This document shows positions 1 to 16,334 of a stretch of DNA of 64,000 nucleotides, one piece after another. Made by a program: the position numbers and the translations under genes. Location of the stretch: assembly GCF_009914755.1 (NCBI RefSeq), contig NC_060942.1; one strand, 5' to 3'. The notes below the pieces were generated by a model. It saw nothing but the letters and a program-made list of their open reading frames with translations. It was not told the DNA's origin and did no database searches. Every line of letters starts with the position of its first letter. Position 1 is the stretch's first letter. This DNA comes from the human T2T-CHM13v2.0 reference genome, Homo sapiens.

Positions 1-439
1 AATTTTGCCTTATCTAAACTGGAGTTCAGTTAAATATTTATACAAACCAGAGGGTATGAAGAAGGAAGTTGGAGAATTAAATATAATATTTTATGAGCTA
101 AAGTTAGCAGCACAGAGATGCTGTGACAAAATATAAATAACAGAATTTCAAATACTCGTAAAGCCAGGAAGGAGAACGTTAGTTAACATCCCAGGCAAAT
201 CACCAAAATCCTCCTAGAATTCTGTTCCTGTTTCAACATTTCCTTACTGTTAAAAAAAAAAAAACCTTTTAAAAAATATTTTATGCTGTAAATTAAAATC
301 ATATTTTTCTTGCTTTTTTAGGACTGTGTCTAGTGAAAATACTTTAATGGGGATGAATAAACAGAGGAATATATAATTATGCATGTGCATTGAGTAAAGT
401 ATATTTTCATCCATAAAATACAAGTTGAGCTTAGATTGT

Positions 440-937
440 TGTATTAGTTTTCTCTCACTGCATAACAAATTACTCCAAAAGTTGGCTGCTTACAATTGAC
501 AACATTTCTGAGGGTTGGGAATGGAGGAGCTGCTCAGCTGAGGGGTTCTGGCTCAGGGTCCCTTAAAGGTCATGGTCAGCTCTCAGTGGGGACCGTGGTC
601 AGCTGAAGGCTCAGCTGGGGCTGAAGCATCTACCTCCAGGCTCTTCACATACCTCCTCCTCTCACAAACCTCTCCACAGGCTGCTCCTAAAGGGGCAGTA
701 TGCTTTGCCCAGAGCAAGAGACATGAGAGGGGAAGAAGAGGGAAAGAGACAGAGAGAGAGAGAGAAAGAGAGTCAACAGGGAGCAACTAAGACGGAAGCC
801 ACAGGACTTCATAACCTAATCTCCAAGTGACATTCCCTGGACCCTGACCAGCCTTGCAACACTATGGGAGCAGCTGACCCAGGGTGTGGTGTGGAAGCCA
901 GGAGGGGGCCCTATGGGCCATCTTGGAGGCCACCATC
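440..937 (-). mobile_element. MaLR LTR, MLT1F/G-like, old and diverged
   Basis: Begins tgtattagttttct..cataacaaattactccaaaa and ends gggccatcttggaggc, resembling the reverse complement of MLT1 LTRs (recalled consensus). Internal (GA)n at about 750-770. Confidence 0.65.
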
Positions 938-1170
938 ATTGTTAAGTGTCTTCTAATTTGAAATAATCTCTTCCATTTTTAGATGGTATACTGTCTCTGG
1001 ATAAATATTTCATCTAGTTTGTGATATTCACATTCACTCTGTACATTAATTTCCCTGGTTTCTCTGGATCTTGCATCCCACCTGGTCTGCATATTTTACC
1101 CATTTTCTTCCTCACTTTCCCCCGCCCCCACCATTATTTCTTATAACATTAAAATGTGGTGGAGGAAACC

Positions 1171-1547
1171 TGCCAGGGGTTGAGTTGTGTCTCTCCCTCC
1201 GAAGTTCATATGTCGAAGTCCTAACCCTGGGTACCTCAGAATATGTTTGTATTTGGAGATAGGGCCTTTAAAGAGAGGTCATATGGATGTGCCCTGATCC
1301 AATATGACTCATGTCCTTATAAGAAGAAGAGATTAGGAGACAAAAAACAGAGGCCAGGGGATGGACACATGAGGAGACAGCAAGAGGATGGTCATCTGCA
1401 AACCAAGGAGAGAGGCCTCAGGAGGAACCAACACTGTGATCAACTTGGTCTTGGGCTTCCAGACTCCAGAACTGTGAGAACTAATTCTATTGTTTAAGCT
1501 GCCCAGTCTGTAGGATTTTGCTGTGGCATCCCTAGAAGACTAATACA
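1171..1547 (+). mobile_element. MaLR solo LTR, MLT1B-like
   Basis: TG...CA termini; typical MLT1 motifs (gtatttggagatagggccttta, ccagaactgtgag, ctaataca). Perfect 5-bp TSD AAACC at 1166-1170 and 1548-1552. Confidence 0.85.
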
Positions 1548-2023
1548 AAACCTTATCAAAGTTTACATTAGCAAATATGATTGACATAAAGCAGCAATGA
1601 CTCAATGATGGCTGGTCAGGTTGGCTAATCCCCAGCCACTTCTCCACGTCACAAAATATTTGACCTTATATGAAGTATCAGGTGACTTAGGTGAAAGAAG
1701 CCATCGGATTCTTCCCATTGGAGATCCCTTTCCTCTGCTGCACAACTTCTTGATATTTTCTCTGAAATTCTCTGTTATTTTCTTACCACCTCTTTGATGG
1801 ATTTTTGCACTTATGGCACTTCAATATTGTAACAGAAAATCTTGGCAGGATCACAAGTGGCTTTATTATGCAAGAACCAACATTTTAGAGGTTTCAGAAC
1901 ATCAAGATATTTAGGGGAGCAGCCAATGTATAGTTTTATGCCCATTTATTCTCTGCCTAAAACAACAAGTAACTCCATTCCCACGGCATCACAATTGTTC
2001 TGGCCCTATGTATGTTGACATTT

Positions 2024-2085
2024 CCTCCTCCTCCTCCTCCTCCTTCTGGTCTTCTTTGTCATCATCCTCCGGCTCCTTCTTCTTT
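2024..2085. repeat. (TCC)n/(TTC)n low-complexity microsatellite
   Basis: Run of tcctcctcc followed by degenerate tct/tca triplets. Confidence 0.8.
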
Positions 2086-2433
2086 TAGATTTCTGCTAGG
2101 AAATCAACCTCCCCTCCCACTTTGGAGAAGTGGATACAGAAATTTTTACCTGAAACAGGGTCTCTGTTAACAAGTTTTCTTTCTTTTTTTTATTTTTTTT
2201 ATTTTTTATTTTTAATGTTTTTTTTTTTATTATACTCTAAGTTTTAGGGTACATGTGCACATTGTGCAGGTTAGTTACATATGTATACATGTGCCATGCT
2301 GGTGCGCTGCACCCACTAACGTGTCATCTAGCATTAGGTATATCTCCCAATGCTATCCCTCCCCCCTCCCCCGACCCCACCACAGTCCCCAGAGTGTGAT
2401 ATTCCCCTTCCTGTGTCCATGTGATCTCATTGT

Positions 2434-6284
<3,851 letters not shown>

Positions 6285-6323
6285 TCATTAGTTGATGCAG
6301 TTTCTTCCTAGTCTCGATGGTCT

Positions 6324-7340
6324 TTACATTTTGGCATGATTTTGCAGCGGCTGGTACCGGTTGTTCCTTTCCATGTTTAGCGCTTCCTTCAGGAGCTCTT
6401 TTAGGGCAGGCCTGGTGGTGACAAAATCTCTCAGCATTTGCTTGTCTATAAAGTATTTTATTTCTCCTTCACTTATGAAGCTTAGTTTGGCTGGATATGA
6501 AATTCTGGGTTGAAAATTCTTTTCTTTAAGAATGTTGAATATTGGCCCCCACTCTCTTCTGGCTTGTAGGGTTTCTGCCGAGAGATCCGCTGTTAGTCTG
6601 ATGGGCTTTCCTTTGAGGGTAACCTGACCTTTCTCTCTGGCTGCCCTTAACATTTTTTCCTTCATTTCAACTTTGGTGAATCTGACAATTATGTGTCTTG
6701 GAGTTGCTCTTCTCGAGGAGTATCTTTGTGGCGTTCTCTGTATTTCCTGAATCTGAACGTTGGCCTGCCTTGCTAGATTGGGGAAGTTCTCCTGGATAAT
6801 ATCCTGCAGAGTGTTTTCCAACTTGGTTCCATTCTCCGCATCACTTTCAGGTACACCAATTAGACGTAGATTTGGTCTTTTCACATAGTCCCATATTTCT
6901 TGGAGGCTTTGCTCATTTCTTTTTATTCTTTTTTCTCTAAACTTCCCTTCTCGCTTCATTTCATTCATTTCATCTTCCATTGCTGATACCCTTTCTTCCA
7001 GTTGATCGCATCGGCTCCTGAGGCTTCTGCATTCTTCACGTAGTTCTCGAGCCTTGGTTTTCAGCTCCATCAGCTCCTTTAAGCACTTCTCTGTATTGAT
7101 TATTCTAGTTATACATTCTTCTAAATTTTTTTCAAAGTTTTCAACTTCTTTGCCTTTGGTTTGAATGTCCTCCCGTAGCTCAGAGTAATTTGATCGTCTG
7201 AAGCCTTCTTCTCTCAGCTCGTCAAAATCATTCTCCATCCAGCTTTGTTCCGTTGCTGGTGAGGAACTGCGTTCCTTTGGAGGAGGAGAGGCGCTCTGCG
7301 TTTTAGAGTTTCCAGTTTTTCTGTTCTGTTTTTTCCCCAT
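6324..7340 (-). CDS. ORF1: L1 ORF1p, RNA-binding chaperone, intact 338 aa
   Basis: MGKKQNRKTGNSK...NHAKM, canonical length; REKG, ARR and YPAKLS motifs present. Confidence 0.97.
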   Translation of the reverse strand: MGKKQNRKTGNSKTQSASPPPKERSSSPATEQSWMENDFDELREEGFRRSNYSELREDIQTKGKEVENFEKNLEECITRIINTEKCLKELMELKTKARELREECRSLRSRCDQLEERVSAMEDEMNEMKREGKFREKRIKRNEQSLQEIWDYVKRPNLRLIGVPESDAENGTKLENTLQDIIQENFPNLARQANVQIQEIQRTPQRYSSRRATPRHIIVRFTKVEMKEKMLRAAREKGQVTLKGKPIRLTADLSAETLQARREWGPIFNILKEKNFQPRISYPAKLSFISEGEIKYFIDKQMLRDFVTTRPALKELLKEALNMERNNRYQPLQNHAKM

Positions 7341-7342
7341 CT

Positions 7343-8247
7343 TTGTGGTTTTATCTACTTTTGGTCTTTGATGATGGTGATGTACAGATGGGTTTTCGGT
7401 GTAGATGTCCTTTCTGGTTGTTAGTTTTCCTTCTAACAGACAGGACCCTCAGCTGCAGGTCTGTTGGAATACCCTGCCGTGTGAGGTGTCAGTGTGCCCC
7501 TGCTGGGGGGGTGCCTCCCAGTTAGGCTGCTCGGGGGTCAGAGGTCAGGGACCCACTTGAGGAGGCAGTCTGCCCGTTCTCAGATCTCCAGCTGCGTGCT
7601 GGGAGAACCACTGCTCTCTTCAAAGCTGTCAGACAGGGACACTTAAGTCTGCAGAGGTTACTGCTGTCTTTTTGTTTGTCTGTGCCCTGCCCCCAGAGGT
7701 GGAGCCTACAGAGGCAGGCAGGCCTCCTTGAGTTGTGGTGGGCTCCACCCAGTCCGAGCTTCCCGGCTGCTTTGTTTACCTAAGCAAGCCTGGGCAATGG
7801 CGGGCGCCCCTCCCCCAGCCTCGTTGCCGCCTTGCAGTTTGATCTCAGACTGCTGTGCTAGCAATCAGTGAGATTCCGTGGGCGTAGGACCCTCTGAGCC
7901 AGGTGTGGGATATAGTCTCGTGGTGCGCCGTTATTTAAGCCGGTCTGAAAAGCGCAATATTCGGGTGGGAGTGACCCGATTTTCCAGGTGCGCCCGTCAC
8001 CCCTTTCTTTGACTCGGAAAGGGAACTCCCTGACCCCTTGCGCTTCCCAGGTGAGGCAATGCCTCACCCTGCTTCGGCTCGCGCACGGTGCGCGCACACA
8101 CTGGCCTGCGCCCACTGTCTGGCACTCCCTAGTGAGATGAACCCGGTACCTCAGATGGAAATGCAGAAATCACCCGTCTTCTGCGTCGCTCACGCTGGGA
8201 GCTGTAGACCGGAGCTGTTCCTATTCGGCCATCTTGGCTCCTCCACC
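7343..8247 (-). promoter_or_regulatory. L1 5'UTR: CpG-rich internal sense promoter (YY1 site near 8227-8237) and antisense promoter
   Basis: Minus strand starts GGTGGAGGAGCCAAGATGGCCGAATAGG; many CpGs retained; established L1HS architecture. Confidence 0.85.
7797..7871 (+). pseudogene. ORF0: L1 ORF0, truncated by a premature stop
   Basis: ATG at 7797 gives MAGAPPPASLPPCSLISDCCASNQ, then TGA at 7869-7871 where the consensus has CGA (CpG transition). Confidence 0.85.
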
Positions 8248-10949
8248 TTCTTTCTTTTTTCTTTTTTTTTTTTTTGACCTTTTTTATGATCTCCCTTAGG
8301 GAAGAAATGTTGGCTGTAGTGAGATCATATTATACATAACCATACCTCATTATGTTTCTTAATAGCACCATCAAACAGTAAGCTGGCAGTTTGGGGGCAC
8401 AACCAGGTTTCCTATATTACTTAGTAAGAATTACATGTGCATTGGCTACAACACATGGAGCTTATTCTCTGAGAAAGCCTCATCAATGTGGTGACACATC
8501 CTTCATTTTAACAGCTACCATATGGCTAATTCCATTTGCTTTTTTGTTTTGTTTTGTTTTTCTAGAGGAGAAAACTATCAGCTATATGGTGAATATTAGA
8601 GGACTTCAAGCCTATACAGAGAAATTTGACCTACAGGCTTCTGGCAGAACTGTCTCTGAGAGCAACAGATACCGGTTCCCCTGGAGGCCTCCTCTCTCCA
8701 TCCACACTGCATGTGGAATCTAGTAGGATTTCTTTTTACTGCTCACTGTAATGTTATTCTGGGCTGTAAGAACTTTGTGCTTTGTATATCCTTCAGCTGC
8801 TGTGAGATTCAAAACACTTCTGCTGCTATGCTGAATGTTCTATTCAAAGCTAGCAACTGCAAGAAGTGGAGTAGACTATTAACCTGGTACCTTAGCAAAA
8901 GACTTAGTGTATATTCTTTGATTTTCCCTAGCTGGGGAGAAAGAAGCAAACCTCCTGGCAATAAAGAGAACTGTCTGCCACACAGTGTGGCATTGTAGAG
9001 ATCTTGGGCACATTAGGTTGTATCCACATTTCATTGTCCTGTTGAAGGCACAGTGCAGGCCTGTGGCCTTATTGGAAGGGAGGAGATGGGGAGTCCTCTA
9101 AATGGGGAAGATCTGCTCAGCAACAGACCTGGGGCAGGTCCTTAGGCTTCCATGTGAGAGGGGACTGCTATCTCTGAATCTCACTCTGCTCTGAACTTCT
9201 AGGAGCCTTGCCAAGCCTGAGACCCTCTGGTGGTGGGAATTACAAACAGCTTCAGCCAGGCTGCAGCCAAACTGGAGAAACGCTGTGAGCATCACAGTCA
9301 GAGCCTCAAAGAGGAAGTTGCGAGAAGGCGACCCAAGTATTTAATTGCCAATGATTTCAACTGTCCGTTTGCCATTGGCTTTTTGGGTCTTGATAGTCTT
9401 TTTCCAAGCCTCAAGCTTATCTTGCCATGCTATGAAAATCAAGGGAAGAGCTGTGTGAACTCTTTGGCTGAAGTGTTAAAGGAAAAGTACCTTCTCCCCT
9501 TTAATTGACAGATCCTCAAGTGGCTGGTGTGTACCATGGAGTAGCTGTTAGGACCTCCTCACATGAGGACTTTTCCTCTGACGCCAGGATAGCTTGAGGC
9601 TGGCAAAAGTCCTTATGCTTCCTGACTGAGAATTATCTATCAATTAATTGGTTAATTTAAAAATATTCTTGAGTACTTATTATATTTTAGGCACTGTGGG
9701 GAATGCAAAAAAGCAAAAGCAGACGACATGTTAGTTTGTCCTCCATTACAACAAAAGATAATTGGAGAAATAAAATCTGATCTTCTTGACTAATAGTAGA
9801 TCCGTGATAGTAAAGAATCAATGTCAAATTGATAGAAGCGCAACAGAGAGCTCTTTGGATGACCAGTTCTAGATATCATTGAAGCTGTACTCATTTTGTT
9901 ATCTCCACATGAAGAGTTTAAAGAAAAGTATGGATTATTTTCTGTTCTGATTCATCAAGAACTGTGGCCTTTCTGAGGCTCAATGCGGGTCCTTGGCACT
10001 CAGAATTGATCAACACTTTCTCCAGGTCAATGTCACCATTGTCCCTTGTGGCTGTGCTGTCCCACACATGACACTGCATTCCTTGAATTCTATAGGCACT
10101 GTTTCCCCACCACTTAGCTCATGGGAAGTGGGAGTGAGAGCAGAGATTTGGGTGGTGATGAGAAAGGTATTAGTCTGACATGGCATTTTGGGTTTGTTTG
10201 TTTGTTTTTTTTTTGAGGGACTACATTAATGATTTTGTGGTTTTCTGACTGTTTTACTTTCCCTTAAAAGTACCATCTTCATGAAGGTGTTTCCAGTGTT
10301 AATCCTTTGATGATTTATTTTGATGTATGGGCACAGTCTTGTATTAGAAATATGTGACTCTAGTTTACCAGGAGTAAACTTCTTTCACCCTCCAAAGCAT
10401 CCTGGTCTGGATGAAAATTATATGGCAAGCCTAGCTTGTCTAGTATACATACCTTTAACCTCACACTCAGGCATTATGTTACAATGAAGGTAAATTTCAG
10501 AGCAAATTCTGGTATATGTAGACCCACAAGCAAGCAGACATAAAACTCATCACAACCTGTTCTGTATGTTTGATAAAATCTCAGCTCTGTCCTCAGCTGA
10601 ACCCTGATGGTTTATTTAAGGCTGACGCTACAGGATTTCAGTGGCATGCTTCAGCTAACACTCTAGATAGAATTAGTTAATAGCTTCCTCAGGCAAGTGA
10701 CTGGGACTCAGAACCTATGTAATCTGAGCCCAGGACATGATTCCAAAGTATACAGGATATTAAAAATCACTAAATGTTATACTCTGTTCATATAAGGGGG
10801 CAGTGGGTGCCTGTGCCATATTTCTATCCAATTCACATGTCTTGGGCATTACTAATATCAACAACAAAAGACCATTCTAACACCCATTGTGCTCATTAAT
10901 AACATCACTGGTGTTGACGGAAGAGAAACTTGGCTGAAATACCAAGGAA

Positions 10950-11230
10950 ATAGAGCCTGTGCAGATGCTAAGATGGGCTTTGGAAGGGAATCAGAAGAGT
11001 TGTGTCTCAAATTTAGAAGACACAGAGCAGCAAGTGTTCCAAGAACTGGAACTTCAGAGAGAAGTCAACAGCATCAACTGTGACAAGATGTCTGCTTTAT
11101 GTGTCAAGAAGATCTTGGTGACTTGCCCAGTGGGGTTGAAGGGAGTGCAGAGGGTGGAAGCTAGACTGTGAGAGCTTGAAGAGTATGTGGTTGGGGAGCA
11201 AGTGGAAGTGGCAAGTATAGACAAGTCAGT
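10950..11230 (-). mobile_element. L2 fragment
   Basis: Purine-rich L2-like motifs (ttggtgacttg, ggaagctagactgtgagagc, gcaagtatagacaa); highly diverged. Confidence 0.5.
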
Positions 11231-11499
11231 CCCATTTGTGCTGCCACTTCAGTTTCATGGGCTGTTGTGTTACAGAGGCACTGCCTGAAGATTGCACCTT
11301 TGCATTGAATTTTGCAAGTGTGATCCTAAGAAGTCTTTCTCTGATGGGTTATTGTGAGTCTGAGCAGGAGGATGAGGCTGTGCAGTCCATCTATGTCACC
11401 CTATGTGAGATAGGTGTGTTAGTGTGTGCGTTGTGGGAGCAGGTATTTTGCTGCCCCCTTCATATACTTCCCTTTCTCTGGTACCCTGGATATTTTAGC

Positions 11500-11680
11500 C
11501 TTTAAGAGCTCTATCAGTGGCATTTTTGTCTTCTTCCTAAGACTTCTTGGGAGTTCTCTCTTCCTCTCTCATGGTATCAACAATGTATTTCTCAAGTCTG
11601 CATCTCCAGCTCAGTCCTCTCCTTTAAATTTAGACTCACACATCTTATTGCCTACTGGATATTCTACAGACACCTCAAAG
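11500..11680 (+). mobile_element. L2 fragment, resuming at about 13940-14190
   Basis: L2 motifs catctccagctcag, attgcctactggatattc, gacacctcaaa; resumes with tccaaacagaattcatc and ccaaaaccttggaattc. Confidence 0.55.
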
Positions 11681-11719
11681 ACTATGAATAATTGCATTGT
11701 CCTATGACTTTATATGTTA

Positions 11720-11836
11720 TAACTTATTTAATCTCCATAATGACCCTATGATGTAGATTCTGTTACTATCTTTATTTTATGGATGAGGAAACTGAAGCAT
11801 AGAGAGGTTAAATAATTTTCCTTAAAATACATGGCT
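11720..11836 (-). mobile_element. MIR, interrupted by an L1 and continuing at about 13884-13920
   Basis: MIR core attttatggatgaggaaactgaagcatagagaggttaaataa. Confidence 0.75.
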
Positions 11837-13870
11837 CAAGAAAAAAAATAAATGGTATCCAAATAGGAAGAGAGGAAGTCAATCATATAATCTGTTTGCA
11901 GACGGTATGATTCTATACATAGAAAACCCCATAGTCTGTGCTCAAAACTCCTTGATCTGATAAAAACTTCAGCAAAGTTTTAGAATACAAACTGAATATA
12001 CAAAAATCAGTAGCACTCCTATACACCAACAACATCCAAGCTGAGAGCCAAACCAAGAATGCAATCTCATTCACAATAGCCACAAAAAGAATACAATACC
12101 TAGGAATACTGCTAACCTGGAAAGCGGAAGATTTCTTCAACAAGAATTAAAAAACACTGCTGAGAGAAATCAGAGGTGACACAAACAAATGGAAAAGCAT
12201 TCCACATTCATGGATAGGACGAATCAATATCATTAAAATGGCCATACTGCTAAATGCAATTTACAGATGCAATACTATTCATATCAAGCTACCAATAACA
12301 TTTTTCACAGAATCAGCACAAAACCATCTAAAATTTATGTGGAACCAAAAAAGAGCCTAAGTAACCAAGACAATCCTAAGCAAAAAGAACAAAGCAGGAG
12401 GCATCATGCTACCTGTCTTAAAACTACACTACAGGGCTACAGTAACCAAAACACCATGGTACTGGTACAAAAACAGACACATAGACCAATGGAATGGAAC
12501 AGAGAGCCCAGAAATAATGCCACACACCTGAAATCATCTAATCTTTGACAAAGTTGACAAAAACAAGCAATGGAGAAAGGACTCTCTATTCAATAAATGG
12601 TGCTGGGACAACTGGTTGGCCACATGCAGAAGACTGAAATTGGACTCCTTCCTTACACCATATACAAAAATCAACTCAAGATAGATTAAAGAGGTAAACA
12701 CGTAAAACCCAAAACTATAAAGACCCTGGAAGACACCTGGCAATACCATTCTGGTCATAGGATCTGGCCAAGATTTCATGACAAAAACACCAAATGCAAT
12801 TGCAACAAAAGCAAAAATTGTGAAATGGGACCTAATTAAACAAAAGAGCTTTTGCACAGCAAAAGAAACTATCAGCAGGGTAAACAGACAATCTACCGAA
12901 TGGGAGAAAATATTTGCAAGCTATTCATCCAATAAAGGCCTAACATCCAGAATCTATAAGGGACTTAAACAAATCAACAAATGAAAGACAAATAACCCCA
13001 TTAAAAAGTGGGCAAACAACATGAACAGACACTTTTCAAAAGAAGACACACACGGTCAACACGCATATGAAAAAAATGCTCAAGATCACTAATCATCAGA
13101 GAAATGCAAATCAAAACCACAGTGAGATACCATCTCGCATTAGTCAGAATGGCTATTACTAAAAAGTCAAAAAATAACAGATGCTGGCAAGGTTGCAGAG
13201 AAAAAGGAAGGCATATACACTGCTGGTGGGAATGTACATTAGTTCAACCATTGTGGAAAGCAGTTTGGTGATTTCTTAAATAACTTGAAGCAGAATTACC
13301 ATTCAACCCAGCAATCCCATTTTTGGGTATGTACCCAAAGGAATATAAATTTTTCTATCATAAAGACACATACATGTGTATGTTCAATGTAGCACTATTC
13401 ACAATAGCAAAGACATGGAATCAACCTACATGCCCATCAATGATAGACCGGGTAAAGAAAATGTTGTACCTACTTCTTTACTATGGCTGCATAGTATTAC
13501 ATATATACCATTTAATGCTATGCAGCCATAAGAAAGAACGAGGTGATGTCCTTTGCAGCAACATGGATGGAGCCGAAGGCAATTATCCTAAGCGACCTAA
13601 CACAGGAACAGAAAATCAAATACAGTATGTTCTCATTTACAAGTGTGAGCTAAACATTGAGTACATGTGGACACAAAGAAGGGAACAACAGACTTTGGAG
13701 CCTACTTAATGGTTGAAGGTGGGAGGAGAGAGAGGATAAAAAAATACCTGTTGGGTACTATGCTTATTACCTGAATGGTGAAATAATCTGTACACCAACT
13801 CCCGTGACATGCAATTGACCAATATAAAAACCCTGCACATTTACCCCTGAGCCTAAAATAAAAGTTAAAA
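11837..13870 (+). mobile_element. 5'-truncated L1, L1PA15/16-like
   Basis: Degenerate ORF2 C-terminal frames ([21 protein letters not shown]); 3'UTR ends cctgagcctaaaataaaagttaaaa. TSD aaaatacatggct (11824-11836) vs aaaatgcatagct (13871-13883), 11/13. Confidence 0.85.
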
Positions 13871-14438
13871 AAAATGCATAGCTAACAAATGGAGAAGCTG
13901 GCTATGTACCCAGGCTGCAGAGTTGGTGTTCTCAAATAGTACACTAGGCTGCCTTTCAACTGTTCCAAACAGAATTCATCAGTGTTCCCCAATCTATTTC
14001 TCCTCCCCTTATCGCTATTTGAATTAACATCACTATTATCTATCTTTTCTTCCCTTGCTCTTGCTAAGATCACCTTTTCCAGTTGTTCCTTTATGGGGTC
14101 AAAAGTCTGTGGGAACAAAAGATGTTCCCTTGGAGGCCATGCCTATATCTAGACCTCATTCCCTGTACCCAAAACCTTGGAATTCTCCACCCAGTGACCC
14201 AATTAGCTTCTACAGTTTGCTCAGGCCTCCTCTGCAGGTCTGTCCTTGTATGGCCAGACCACATGATTGGTATTTGCACACTTGGGCTTGAAGCATTTGT
14301 GAGGCTGTGGGTAGAGCTTAGACATAGGAGCTATGGAGTCCATACCATGAAAAGCCACACCTTATGGTGTGTGATTGAGCTGATGCAGGTGACAATTAAC
14401 CTATGTCTTTCCACTTTCAAACCTACTGTACTCTGATT

Positions 14439-14995
14439 TGTGATGCTGGGCCTGGACTCTTCAAATCACATTTCTGCTCTACCAGCTGGCCCTCTATGAG
14501 GCCTTACCAAAAGGGATGTAGAGAAAGACCATGAGGATGGAGGAGAAATAGGAGACTTGCTCCTTCCTGTCTGTTGTCCTTCCTGTTGCTCCTTCCTGTT
14601 TCTATGGAACATCAGTTGAATCTAGGTGGCAGTTTTTCTACCTTCACAGAATCAGCTTCCTGAGAGACACCAGCACAAACTGACCATGACCACCTTCTCG
14701 GAGGTCTGGGTTTCAGCTCCATGGAGTCCCTTCCCCAAGCTTTTAAGTTGTAACAGTCCTAATGGTCCTAGGAATGGTAGCTGCTTCTTTCAGTTGCTAC
14801 CTCCATGATACATTAGTGTTTTATTTTTGTCTTTTAAATCCCTAGTTAACAACTTCACACCTAGTTAATAATTCCTTATATTAAATTCTCTATAAAAAGC
14901 TAGCTGGTTTGGTTTCTCTCCTCTAACTCACTCTAGCTGATAAATCAGCACCAAGAGTGTTTCTAGGAGACAGATCCTCAAAGTTAGGATTAGGG
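14439..14995 (+). mobile_element. ERVL-type LTR (LTR33-like) plus start of internal sequence
   Basis: LTR33-like motifs (catttctgctctaccagctggc, ccttatattaaattctct) followed by an ERVL-internal-like ctaggagacagatcctcaaag. Confidence 0.55.
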
Positions 14996-16334
14996 GATTC
15001 GTCTGCTCACACCTTGGGCTTGAGCACAGCGCTGAGCTCCTTATCAGTGAGACGCTGGGATCCGTGGCATGCAGCAGCATCAGGCTTCATCACACGGTCA
15101 TCAGTTGTTGATTGGTGGTGAAAAGCCTGTAGATTCAAGTGTTTTGGGGGGACAAATGGCAGCTGCATTTGTCTGTTTGGCAGGAATGATGAGCACAAAG
15201 ACTATTTTATTGAGCGAATTTATCTCAGAGCACTAGAGTGTGGACAGAAAGAAGTTTTGATGGAGAAGGTGATGGGAGGTTGGTGGTTTACACAGGCAGA
15301 GCTATATCACTTAACACCTGTGTAAGGAGGGGAAGGACTGAAGACAAGCATTCAAATATGAGGACCTCTTGACTTTCAAATGGTGAACAGCTCGGCTCCT
15401 TCCTCTGTGCCCTGTTCCCTGCAGGTGACAGTAGGCTGAGCCGAGCTCAGGGGAAGTGAACTTAGCCATGGAGACCTGGGGAGAAGTGGGCAGGTCTGTC
15501 TTCCCCATCTCCTCTATGTGAACACCAGGTTGTTTCTGCCGCCTTACCTAAGATAAATTTATGTTTCAAATTTTAAATCCGTTTGAGCCCAAACATTTTA
15601 TATTTATATTTAGCCCTTAAAAATTGGAGAGACTGGTATTCCAGAAAAATGAGAAGGCTGCCTATGGAGATAAACTTTGAGAAACACCTGCAGCCTATAA
15701 AGTTGAGATCTAGTCTTGCCAAAATCCAGTCATCAGGAACTTCAGAATTTCCACACGAAATAGAAAAGAAGATATTAACTCACATATTTCACATTAAAAT
15801 ACATTAAGAGTTAATTAGGCTATTGACAAACTTAAAATCCAGTTTTGCTATTTTTAAATGTTTATATAAAATAATAGCTATTCCCATTCAATGACCCTAA
15901 AATATTTAAAAAATAATTTTTCATTAATTAAAAGCAAAATCTACACACATCCTAAAGAGTACAGTTTACAAGCCTCATTATGTACATATGACACAAGACA
16001 TTCAGAAGTAAAAAACAGAAAGTTGGATGAGAAATTACAGAAATGTGAAATTACAATATATTTAGAAATTAAGGAAAAATTATGACACCCTACCACGTTT
16101 GTCTCAAGGGTATTTCAATTTATAAGTCATCTCAGGAATAGTAAAATATTATAAATTAAATATAAAGAAGGTGAAAGAAATTTATATCTACTCAATCAGA
16201 AAAATCTTGTTCTTTTAAAGCAATGACTAAGCCTTCTACTTTCATAGCCTGGGCCCTGGCTCCATAAAGTCCCTGGCATTGAGCCCAGGGTTGCATATCT
16301 TCCTCCCAGTGAATGGGGCATAGAAATGCAAATC

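Noticed and set aside
8391-9508. 90-110 aa ORFs in unique-looking DNA
   Set aside because: No recognisable homology or coding-like composition, mostly alternative starts, and no supported exon chain.
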